From an uncultured delta proteobacterium (GTDB taxonomy: Bacteria > Desulfobacterota > Desulfobacteria > Desulfobacterales > SG8-13), in the NCBI GenBank assembly GCA_963848135.1, contig CAWKCK010000003.1:1-64000 (forward strand): 64,000 bases of DNA, written 5' to 3'. Below, piece after piece: positions 10,211 to 19,565 of the stretch. The notes under the pieces were generated by a model. The model ran no database searches, was not told where the DNA came from, and worked only from the letters and a program-made list of their open reading frames with translations. How positions within the stretch are numbered: position 1 is the first letter of the stretch; every line of letters starts with the position of its first letter. Made by a program: the position numbers and the translations under genes.

Positions 10211-11002
10211 CTATGATTGACTATGCTGCATCATAAAGAACACGTAGCCGTAATACCTGGAGTATTTACGGTAGACGTCGATCTCCATCTGGACCGAATC
10301 GATCATCTCAATCCGTTCCGGGTCTGTGGCATACTTTTTTCGAAGGGATTGAAGCCGATCTTCCAGTGGGTTGTAGAATGACTCTTTCCAAGCTGACTCC
10401 GGCAGAGTGAATTTTCCTAAAAGATCATACCCACATTTTTTAATAGTTGCCACGTTGGTATCAATATCCACCATGGCAGGATACTCATTGACAAAGAATT
10501 GGTGGCACTCTACCGGGGGGTCGGGTTGTATCCAGGAAAGCTCAGACACCGCCATAAGCCCTCCTGTTGCCATCAAATTCTGGCATGCTGCCAATCCCTC
10601 GCGAAAGCCAATGTTATAGAGTGCTCCCTCTGACCAAATAAGATCAAAGGAACCCTCGGCCAACCCCAAATCGCACATATCTCTCTGGTACTGTTGTATT
10701 TTATCTGAAACACCTTCGGTTTCAGCACGACGCTGCAGCTCGTCTAAGAACGGCTGATGGTTGTCAACTGCCAATATTGTTCCATCAATATGTTTTGCCA
10801 ATTGAATAGTCTGCGCACCGTTACCGCAACCAATATCCAAGACTCTTAGTCTAACAGGACCTGGTTCATCCGTGATTTTCGGTCTCGTCGAAAGCAGCAT
10901 ATCTAAGGCTTGCATAGTTGAGTGGTCGTCTCCAGGTCCAAGGCGAGGTAAGGAAGCATCAAAAATCTCGTAAAAGATCTCCTTTTGATCTTTATCATTC
11001 AT
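10211..11002 (-). CDS. Class I SAM-dependent methyltransferase
   Basis: LPRLGPG, VLDIGCGNG, FDLIWSEGALYNIGF, YYGYVFF. Confidence 0.9.
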   Translation of the reverse strand: MNDKDQKEIFYEIFDASLPRLGPGDDHSTMQALDMLLSTRPKITDEPGPVRLRVLDIGCGNGAQTIQLAKHIDGTILAVDNHQPFLDELQRRAETEGVSDKIQQYQRDMCDLGLAEGSFDLIWSEGALYNIGFREGLAACQNLMATGGLMAVSELSWIQPDPPVECHQFFVNEYPAMVDIDTNVATIKKCGYDLLGKFTLPESAWKESFYNPLEDRLQSLRKKYATDPERIEMIDSVQMEIDVYRKYSRYYGYVFFMMQHSQS

Positions 11003-11438
11003 CGTCCATATCTCCTTAATTTCTTCAACAATTGTCCTATAATAGTGAGCATGCTCACGCAAGATTCTGGTTTTCTCAGGGATTTCTAACGGAGATAAGA
11101 AGTCGCACCGCTATTATCACACACAGCAGAGGTGGGAGCCGTATGCATTGCGAAATAGTTGATGATGACTTCTATTACAGAACAAGTTCCATATAAAAAT
11201 ATTAGACAGTACCAAACCATTTTTGTCAAGTGTGAATTGGTTTGCTAAAATGTTTTCAACATACTGATATGTTTCGATATATCATTTGGAAAACAAATAT
11301 CAAATAAACACTGATGTATTGAAAATATCCCACCAATCTTGCTGCTGTCAAAATCTTTGATTTCATATCCTGCCCGAACCCCTGTAGGTCACTTGGCAAT
11401 TCGATATTGGGTCATTTTATTCTTGACATCCAATAATA

Positions 11439-11458
11439 TTTGTGATTTTTTTCACAAA
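11439..11458. promoter_or_regulatory. CRP/FNR-type palindrome TTTGTGA-N6-TCACAAA
   Basis: Perfect palindrome 10 bp downstream of TTGACA (11423-11428) and 21 bp before ATG 11480. Confidence 0.65.
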
Positions 11459-11479
11459 AATACTGAAAGCCGGAAGGCC

Positions 11480-12307
11480 ATGTCCCAAAATCACTTGAAC
11501 TCCTTATATGCAGCAGTGATCAAACTCCTGCGACCGCTGGTGCGGATATTGCTCAGAAATGGAGTGTCGTACGGTACTTTTGCAGAACTTGCCAAGTGGG
11601 TGTACGTCGATGTCGCATCCAAGGATTTCGTAATAAAGGGCCGCAAACAGACAACCTCACGGGTTTCGACGATCACGGGACTGTCACGCCGAGAAGTCAT
11701 GCGGGTTCGACAGTTGCCGCAGCCGGAGGTCACTGAAATCACAGAGAGGCACAACCGGGCCGCCCGTGTGATTGCAGCCTGGAGACGCGAGAAAAGATTC
11801 CTGGATGAGGCCGGAAAGCCTATCCCCCTTTCAATGGAAGGCAGTGGAGCGACATTCAGCCAACTGGTAAAGCTTTTCAGCGGCAATGTGCCGACCCGTG
11901 CCATTCTCGATGAACTCTTGCGGGTCGGATCGGTGAAGCGGCTGGAGGACGGTAGAATCTCTTTATGCGCCCGAGCCTATATCCCCAAAAGCAATGACCT
12001 TGGCCGACTCCACCTCCTGGGAACCGATGTGAGGCTCCTTCTTTCGACGATCGACCATAATTTGAACCCACGAGTCTCAGAACCGCTCTTCCAACGCAAA
12101 GTCGCCTATGACAACCTACCCGATGAGGTTTTGTCAAAATTTCGCAAACTGTTCCCTATAAGGGCGCAGGCGCTGTTGGAAAACGCCGATCGGTGGTTGG
12201 CCCGACGCGATCGTGATGTGACACCTGCAGTCAAAGGTTCCGGCCGCAATCGGGCTGGATTCGGCATTTTTTTCTTCGAAGAACCCTATTCAGACGAGGA
12301 TACCTGA
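11480..12307 (+). CDS. DUF6502 family protein (HTH-like N-terminus)
   Basis: LLRPLVRILLRNGVSY..F..LAK..YVDVA, SRVSTITGLSRREV, AILDELLRVG, TIDHNL, FQRKVAYDNL. Confidence 0.85.
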   Translation: MSQNHLNSLYAAVIKLLRPLVRILLRNGVSYGTFAELAKWVYVDVASKDFVIKGRKQTTSRVSTITGLSRREVMRVRQLPQPEVTEITERHNRAARVIAAWRREKRFLDEAGKPIPLSMEGSGATFSQLVKLFSGNVPTRAILDELLRVGSVKRLEDGRISLCARAYIPKSNDLGRLHLLGTDVRLLLSTIDHNLNPRVSEPLFQRKVAYDNLPDEVLSKFRKLFPIRAQALLENADRWLARRDRDVTPAVKGSGRNRAGFGIFFFEEPYSDEDT

Positions 12308-12308
12308 A

Positions 12309-13532
12309 ATGAAGGCCTATCTTTTGAATAGCATCCTGCTCGCCCTAGTCATTCTTATCGCTTTGGTGTCACCCAAATTACTGATATCCTGCTCGGGGGG
12401 TGGCGGCCCGTATTTCGCTAGTGGTGGTATCGACGGTTCGGGAATCATCAGCCGGGGACCGATATCGACATTCGGCAGCGTATTTGTCAACGGCACCGAG
12501 TTCGACACAGAAATTGCCGCCATCATGATCAATGGCGACGAAATAGGCATCGGCGACGATGTCGCCAGGGGCAACCTCGACATCGGCAGGGTGGTAACCG
12601 TGGAAGGGAAAAGGTATGGGGATCCCAACACAGCGGTTGCAGACCTCGTTTCTTTCAGCAACGAGGTCAAAGGTCCGGTGGAGAGCGTTTCCGTTACAGG
12701 CCATCTCACCCAGGAAATTGTCGTTCTGGGTCAGAGGATCATCGTAAATGCAGCCACAATTTTCAAAAATACGGCATTCGGCACCATAGGGGAAAACGAC
12801 GTCGTCGAGGTCAGCGGCTTTTTCGATGACACCGGAGTGATTCGGGCCACCTTCATCGGCAAGATCGGGGAGGTCATTCCAGGATTGGAGGCCGAGGTCA
12901 AGGGATATGTCGTTAATCTCGATCCAATATCGATGACCTTCGAGATCAATGGCCTGACAGTCGATTATTTTTCGGCTGATACCAGTGGCTTACCCGGAGA
13001 TCTCCAGGACGATGGATGGTTCGTCGAAGCGGAAGGCATCCTCGGTGACTCCGGTAACGTGATGCTGGCATCGAAAATACAACTTGGAGACGAACTGGAT
13101 GCCGTCGACATCGATGAGATCGAAGTGACTGGATTTGTCACCGTCTTTGATTCGCTCGGGGAGTTCCGCGTTGGCAACCAGCCGGTGCAAACACTTGCGG
13201 ATACACTTTATGTCGATGGGACACAAATGGATATCGCCCTTGGCCGCAAGCTCGAGGCTGAGGGCACTCTCATCGATGGAATCCTTATTGCCGCAGAAAT
13301 TGAGTTCTGGGATCCAGATCAGATCGAGATTGAGGACTTTGTCACCGAAGTTATTTCGGCCTCCGAGTTCACAGTTGGAAACCAGCGGGTGCAGACCGAT
13401 GTGACCACTGTATTTGAAGGGGGACTACCGGAAAACATCGTGCTTGGTGCTAAGATCGAAGTCAAGGGTGTTCCGGCGGATACCGACCGAACTGTTCTTT
13501 TTGCAGACAAGGTTTCTTTTGAGAATCTTTAG
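12309..13532 (+). CDS. DUF5666 repeat-domain exported protein
   Basis: GGIDGSG..SRGPISTFGSVFVNG followed by repeated OB-like units (VEVSG, VEAEG, IEVKG). Confidence 0.85.
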   Translation: MKAYLLNSILLALVILIALVSPKLLISCSGGGGPYFASGGIDGSGIISRGPISTFGSVFVNGTEFDTEIAAIMINGDEIGIGDDVARGNLDIGRVVTVEGKRYGDPNTAVADLVSFSNEVKGPVESVSVTGHLTQEIVVLGQRIIVNAATIFKNTAFGTIGENDVVEVSGFFDDTGVIRATFIGKIGEVIPGLEAEVKGYVVNLDPISMTFEINGLTVDYFSADTSGLPGDLQDDGWFVEAEGILGDSGNVMLASKIQLGDELDAVDIDEIEVTGFVTVFDSLGEFRVGNQPVQTLADTLYVDGTQMDIALGRKLEAEGTLIDGILIAAEIEFWDPDQIEIEDFVTEVISASEFTVGNQRVQTDVTTVFEGGLPENIVLGAKIEVKGVPADTDRTVLFADKVSFENL

Positions 13533-13654
13533 CAATGGTGTTGAAAAACGTCATGAGCAGCCGGCAAGACAGGGCCAAATCCGACGGAAAAGCGGAGTTG
13601 AGGAAGGTTTTAACGCCGTATTGTCAAGCGCAATAGTTTTTCAACAGCCTGCTG
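13530..13654 (+). repeat. MITE-like element (family B), internally deleted copy
   Basis: tagcaatggtgttgaaaaac...gtttttcaacagcctgctg, a reverse-complement match to 16811-16952. Its first TAG is the DUF5666 stop codon. Confidence 0.85.
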
Positions 13655-13681
13655 GGAAGTAGCGATAGGATATCAATAGAC

Positions 13682-13832
13682 GAGTGTAAAAAGCCAAGCA
13701 CAGGACTTTGGCGGGTCGGTGTGCTTGGCTTGGAAAACCTGAGGGCCTTGCGGCACACTCAAGCGACATGAGTATATCGATTTATCTGTCGAGTGTCAAC
13801 GGGCTCTCCACAACGGGATGGAGGGCTTTTTT
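13682..13832 (+). promoter_or_regulatory. Structured leader ending in an intrinsic terminator (candidate cis-regulatory RNA)
   Basis: Hairpin aagccaagcac/gtgcttggctt; alternative gagtgt/acactc pairings; terminator-like ggctctcca...tggagggc-tttttt upstream of 13976. Confidence 0.45.
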
Positions 13833-13975
13833 TATGATGAAAAGCCGGTCTTCCCGCAGAGAGGAGGTGAGAAAAACGCTCGTAACACCTTCATTGAATC
13901 GCGTGTAATAACTGGCTTGAACAAACTATTGGACATTCACATCAATCAAAAAAACGAGAAGGGAGAAGTGGACCA

Positions 13976-14764
13976 ATGAAAAACACATCAAACATCAAAT
14001 GCAAGACGAATCACAAAAAGTATTGGCCTTTTCTCATGGTGGCAGTGGTTGCTCTCATCTTGGGAGCCGCTGCCGCGAAAAGTTGGGCCAATGATGACGA
14101 GGACGAACTCACGCTTGCAACACTCAAATTCTTTATCGAGTTCAACGAAACCGATGAAGACATTGGTGTACAAGCCGTGCTGGGTGGAGAACCATACACG
14201 AGACTCAGTGCCTACGGGCCAAACGGACGCAGGATCCTCGATCTCAGACCCAGACGCGGGTTGAAGAGACAGGGCATGAGCGATTTTTTCTTCGAGAGCG
14301 CCGAGCCGACGCTCGACGAATTTCCACTCGATAAGTTTCTGAGCCGTTTCCCCGTGGGTGAATACGAGTTCGAAACCATTACGGTCGACGGACTTGAGCA
14401 GGATGGCGAGACGTTGCTTACCCACGTTATTCCGGCCGGACCAGAAATTGCCTCTCCCGAAGAAGCTGAAGTGGTCGACCCTGACAACGTGATTATTTCA
14501 TGGGAGCCTGTTACAATGACCACGGCATTTAATCCGCCGCAGGCGCCGGTCATGATCGTCGGCTACCAGGTCATCGTCACCAGAGAAGACCCTCTGCGCG
14601 TCATTAGCTTCGATGTCTCAGCCGAAACCACAAGTATCACTCTGCCACCCGGGTTGCTCGATCCGGGCATGGAGTACGAACTCGAAATCCTGGCCATCGA
14701 AGAAAGCGATAACCAAACGATCAGTCTGCTGTTTTTTGAAACCGCAGAGCGAGCAGAGCCGTAG
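13976..14764 (+). CDS. Secreted acidic protein with C-terminal fibronectin-III-like domain
   Basis: Signal peptide, FFIEFNETDEDIG, FFESAEP, ISWEPV...GYQVIV...LDPGMEYELEILAIEE. Confidence 0.75.
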   Translation: MKNTSNIKCKTNHKKYWPFLMVAVVALILGAAAAKSWANDDEDELTLATLKFFIEFNETDEDIGVQAVLGGEPYTRLSAYGPNGRRILDLRPRRGLKRQGMSDFFFESAEPTLDEFPLDKFLSRFPVGEYEFETITVDGLEQDGETLLTHVIPAGPEIASPEEAEVVDPDNVIISWEPVTMTTAFNPPQAPVMIVGYQVIVTREDPLRVISFDVSAETTSITLPPGLLDPGMEYELEILAIEESDNQTISLLFFETAERAEP

Positions 14765-14933
14765 GATATGGAGACGCGATATCGCCATTCAGATAGAGTA
14801 TTCGAATCGCGACTGCTACGCGTCACCTCGCTTTCCCAGACGAATGCAGCTCGAACGTTGTGTCTCCCCGTTTTATGCCGTGCTGAGTTGCCTGGGAGAG
14901 TGCATACAGATCGGATCGCAGCTTTTTGTCTGT

Positions 14934-14974
14934 AAATAGAACAGGCCGAGCCCTTGGTTCGGCTTGTTCTATTT
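14934..14974. terminator. Long hairpin (18-bp arms)
   Basis: aaatagaacaggccgagc-ccttg-gttcggcttgttctattt between convergent ORFs. Confidence 0.55.
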
Positions 14975-15218
14975 CAGCCGCGATTGCACATGGTCAGAGT
15001 CTGATTGCGCGCGATTTTCTCCAAAATTCTATGAGTTCAGACTCTTTGTATTCCGTCGACCAAGCTGGAATCGATCCGAAGTTACTCTGTCTGCCACGAA
15101 CTCAAACATATCATATTTCTGGTAGCTTAGAGATTGCCGGACCTCATTTGTACAAACAACACAAGATCGGTTAGTCGGCCTACTGGAAAGCTGTCTTAAT
15201 GTTCAATGCACAAGGATG

Positions 15219-15578
15219 CTATACGTTCAGTAGAGCACCATTTTGCACCCAATATACCACGCTGGCAACAAGAAAATATATGCCGACCATTTCGATGGAT
15301 AAATTTAAAAGGTAAAACCAGAGCTGACCTATAAAACGGAAGTGAAGAATTGTAAGCACCGCCACGAGGGAAAAACATCCAATAGAATAAAAAGTATAAA
15401 AATAGCCTTTCGATACAAGCCCCGAAAGAAAAAACATGCTGATATTTAGAATTATCAACAGGTTGTTGAGTCGGGAGAAATTTGCCCAAAATATCGTCAT
15501 GTAGTTTTCAAAGGATTCATTAAGCCTCTCATACATAACCGGAATTCCTCTTCTACCAAAGTAATTAATTTCATACAA
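15219..15578 (-). CDS. Hypothetical membrane protein (AT-rich)
   Basis: Three hydrophobic segments. Start uncertain. Confidence 0.4.
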   Translation of the reverse strand: MYEINYFGRRGIPVMYERLNESFENYMTIFWANFSRLNNLLIILNISMFFLSGLVSKGYFYTFYSIGCFSLVAVLTILHFRFIGQLWFYLLNLSIEMVGIYFLVASVVYWVQNGALLNV

Positions 15579-15953
15579 TTAGTGACAAAAAATATAAAAA
15601 CCTTACATGCGCTGCGTGTTATGGAATTTATCCTAAATCGAAATTTTCCCGGTGAGATGGTTTTACGAATCTGTAAGTTAACAACTATTGCTCCGACTTA
15701 TTCTACAGAACCTATCACTCGAAAGTCTGAGGTGGATAAAATGAAATACATAAACCGGATTAAACCTCGCCGTGATTAGTTTTGAGAGAAATCACGCAAG
15801 AGCATTTATTACCCGCTATATCACTTCACATGCAAGGGCCTGATTCTCTGTTGGCTGTAGAAAGCCTCAAATCTTAAATCAGATTTGGGGGCAAGGTGCC
15901 GTCTAACGAAAAACTGCCGTTAATTCATGGTATTTTGAATCCGCTTCTAACGA

Positions 15954-16796
15954 ATGTCTATCAACGCAAAATTGATGACACAATCACATGTTAAATCCAT
16001 GAAATCTATATCTGCGCATATAAGACAGATCGTTTTAAATAAACTAGAGCAACCACGAAAAAGTTACGAGCATCGCGTATATAATAATATGCACAAACTT
16101 TATGCGGTAATAAAGCCGGGTGATGTTTTGTTGGTTGAAGGCCGATCTGAGATGAGCCGGATCGTAAAATTACTTACGAACAGTCATTGGAGTCATTCGG
16201 CAATTTATGTCGGCAACGCATTGATACACTCTGATCGTATCGACAGAGATCTATACCTGAATAGATATGGAGATGATGCGGATTGTATGTTGATAGAGGC
16301 TTTCTCCGGTGAGGGTGTCATTGCCTCCTCATTGAAAAAATACAAAGATCATAACATTCGTCTTTGCAGACCCTATGGAATCACTGAATCAGACGTAAAC
16401 CAGGTCTTAGGACAGCTCATAGGCAAATTGGGTATGCACTATGACGACCAAAATATACTCGCCATCGCAATGATGGCGCTAAATTCCGTCTGGAAACCCC
16501 GTAGCAACCACATGATTAGAGCTTGCCTTGGTAATTGCAACGATTACGAAGTCATTTGTTCGGGCATGATCGCTCAGGCTTTTCAGAGCGTCGGTTATCC
16601 CATCGTGCCGGCCCTTGCACCGCGCGCCAACAATGATGGGTTTAGCGGGGAGAATCCCTATGGCGGCGGTTTAATAATGCGACATTATACCCAGATTACA
16701 CCAAAAGATTTTGACCTGAGTCCGAATTTTGAAATTATAAAATTCAATATTATCGGAACGTCCAACTTCGATTACAAATCGCTATGGGTTGAATAA
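15954..16796 (+). CDS. Permuted papain-like NlpC/P60 (YiiX/YebB-like) protein
   Basis: IKPGDVLLVEG, SHWSHSAIYVG (His) precedes ICSGMIAQAF (Cys), then ITPKDFDLSP. Confidence 0.85.
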   Translation: MSINAKLMTQSHVKSMKSISAHIRQIVLNKLEQPRKSYEHRVYNNMHKLYAVIKPGDVLLVEGRSEMSRIVKLLTNSHWSHSAIYVGNALIHSDRIDRDLYLNRYGDDADCMLIEAFSGEGVIASSLKKYKDHNIRLCRPYGITESDVNQVLGQLIGKLGMHYDDQNILAIAMMALNSVWKPRSNHMIRACLGNCNDYEVICSGMIAQAFQSVGYPIVPALAPRANNDGFSGENPYGGGLIMRHYTQITPKDFDLSPNFEIIKFNIIGTSNFDYKSLWVE

Positions 16797-16810
16797 ATAG
16801 GACCGTACAT

Positions 16811-16952
16811 TAGCAGACTGTTGAAAATCGATTGCACTTGACAATATGGTGTTAAAATCTTCATAAAAATGCTCATTTATCACACATAAACTCCGCTTTT
16901 CGTCAGATTTTTCCATGTCTTGCCCGCGCTCATGACGTTTTAACACCCTTTA
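16811..16952 (-). repeat. MITE-like element (family B), full-length copy
   Basis: tagcagactgttgaaaa...ttttaacacccttta. The reverse complement aligns with 13530-13654 plus an extra central hairpin. Confidence 0.85.
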
Positions 16953-16987
16953 GAGATGTGAATCATCGATGCCGCTGCAGATGAACG

Positions 16988-18756
16988 TCAGAGATCATTG
17001 CTGTTCGGTTGGCCCATGCGCAGAGGCCCGCCGCGCCCTGTGGGCCACGGCATGCAATTGGATCCCGATCCCGGGACCGTGAACACATCCATACCATGAT
17101 CAAAGGTTTGGACGAAGATCTCGAGTTGGCCGTCGCCATCGAGATCGTAGATGGCCGGTGCGGCCGGCGCACCATTGCCGTTACCGTTATAGCCGGGATT
17201 GGGAAGCGTGATGTCATGCAAGAGACTGCCGTCGGCGCCCAATATCACCAAATAGCCGGAGTCGGCCACATTCGGATCCCCGTATGTTGAAAACACGATC
17301 TCCGGGGAGCCGTCCTGGTTGAGATCGGCTACGGTGGATTCGGAGGCATACATGACCGTCTTTCCATGCATGAAGTTGTACCGCCAGATCTCAATCGCAT
17401 CGGAAGAATAAGCGCGGACAAAACCATCGTTCAAGGAAACGACGATCTCCGGGAGGTTGTCGCCCTGGATATTGACCGTGGCCGGTGCCGGAATGCCATT
17501 CGGTGGATACCATCCGGCGACCGCTATGGGCGATGCCCCTCGGGGTAGGGTTTCCCACCCCATTTTACGCATGGCCGACCGGCTTCCATCGCCATGGGCG
17601 CCCTCCAGAACCATGATGGCATAGGCCTGGGTCTGTAAGGTACGTACTTTTCAATATTGGGGACACCGACAACCTCATTCTGACCGTCGCCGTCCAGGTC
17701 GACGATATTCGGCGGCGATGCCGTCCACTGAAGCCATTCCTGAACGCTGGGATGCGGCCAATCGCCGGTGTGCAGGTGGTAGTGATTCTCCTCCACCTGG
17801 GGATCGGCCCAGCGGATAAACTGCCCCCAGGTGAGGCGGTTGTTCAAATACTGGTTTGAGCGGTTGGTGAACCATGGGGAGGCATCGATGGCGACACCGT
17901 CGTGGTCAAAAGCCTGGATGTGGTGGTTGTCATAGGTAACGAGAATCTCCAGGTCATCATCATCGTCGATATTACCGATTGCCACGTTGAGTCCATAGCA
18001 ACCGAAACCAGAATGCCCCTGTCCGTTACGGTCTGCGTCGCCGCCCACGCCGCTAAAATTATTGTAACGCGGCCAGGCTGGAAAACTCAGCCCAAAGGGC
18101 TGATAGAGACTGCCGTTACTGGCAAACACGAAGACCTGGGCGCCGCCGTCAGCCGTGCTCTGTGTTTGAGTGGTCGTGGCGACGATTTCGATAAGCCCGT
18201 CACCGTCCAGATCGGCAGCGGCCAGCCCCCGCACTTCCGGAGATTCTCCCGCCGTCGTCGTGTCTGCCGGCCAGCCGGCTTTGATAACCAGACGACTGTT
18301 TCGCCATTCATAAGCATAGACTTCTTGACTATTGCCACAAACGATTTCGGTGATACCATCGCCTTCGAGGTCAACCACGACATGAGGCGCGTATACACGG
18401 CCGCTACCCTCGTCGGCACGGTCAAGGAGCGTTCCATCACTGCCAAAGACATATATTGAATAATAAGCGGCGATGAGCTCTTTTTCCCCATCACCGTCCA
18501 GATCAGCGACAATCGGAGACGCATACCAACTGGTTTGACCCGTAAGGTTCATTATAAACTGTGGCCGGACGACTTCCCCTGTGCTCGTGCCAGAAAGGCA
18601 GACCGCGTTGCGTTCCCCGCCGGTGGCATTGCCATCTACGGGGGGGAATCCGCCAATACTCTCACCCGACCCGCCACCACCACCTCCGCAGCCAATAAGA
18701 TTCACACACAAGACCACCAGGAAAAGGACGAAACCAACTCGAGTTATATTTAACAT
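16988..18756 (-). CDS. FG-GAP/VCBS repeat lipoprotein (frameshift near 17635)
   Basis: Lipobox LIGC, Gly linker, repeated D-L-D-G-D-G-x-x-E-I/L units. The two ORFs join as YVPY-xTQAYAIMVLEG. Confidence 0.85.
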
Positions 18757-18928
18757 AATCGATAAGTTCCATAGTTTTTGTATCCACTACTCAATTCACC
18801 CTTTATTCATGATATGCCCATTATACCACAATGAGATACAAATCATAGGAATACAGCATCCCGAATACGAACATGCAAGTGCCGGATTCCATGCGGGAAA
18901 AAGGAACCATAAATTGCGGTATGATTAT

Positions 18929-19255
18929 CTAAAGAAAATCTTTTATGGTACACAGATCCTGAAACAAATGCCCAGAGCGCCTTCGTTTACGATTAAAATA
19001 CACAGCATATCTAACATTGATCCATTCTATTGCCAGGCTCAGGTTCGGATGCGGGGTTTCGAACAAAAGGTGATAGTGATTGGTCATCAGGCAATAGGTA
19101 AGCACCTTGATCGCTTATCGCTGCACTGCCTGCCATGAATATTCTAAGAATTTTCCCCGATCTCTTACGATTTTGAATAGATTCGATCCCGCATTTCCGC
19201 GATGCACCACAGGCTAAAAAGCACCCGGATACTGATTTCTTAATGGCCTTGCCAT
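18929..19255 (-). pseudogene. REP-associated tyrosine transposase (RAYT, Y1 HUH) pseudogene
   Basis: MARPLRNQYPGAF*PVVHRGN...R*AIKVLTYCLMTNHYHLLFETPHPNLS...YFNRKRRRSGHLFQ. Two in-frame stops (19214-19216, 19115-19117); truncated after GHLFQ. Confidence 0.9.
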
Positions 19256-19565
19256 CTGAGCAACACCTGTTCGTCTGATTACGAAGATAACGTTTTTTGC
19301 AGAAAGTCGCAAAAGCCCCTATAAAGCGACTTTAATGAAAAAGCTCATTATCAATAGTTAATAATTAAGGTGCGACCCCTTTCTTCCCGGGAAATTATTA
19401 TACAAATGTGGCGTGCGCGCATATGAAATCTGAAATCTCGCAAAATAACATTCACTAATTTGAATATACCGACGATACTTGGTATGTATTATTGGGTAGC
19501 GTGTTATTTGATTTTGCGATGGAATTAATCCTTGCTTGTAAATACGATCCAGTTTTGCTGAAATT

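Noticed and set aside
18581..19138. 185-aa plus-strand ORF
   Set aside because: It is the antisense shadow of the FG-GAP gene start and the RAYT pseudogene.
19115..19216. Stop-codon recoding in the RAYT gene
   Set aside because: The stops are TAG and TAA (not a single reassigned codon), other genes end normally at these codons, and the gene is also truncated, so ordinary decay is the simpler explanation.
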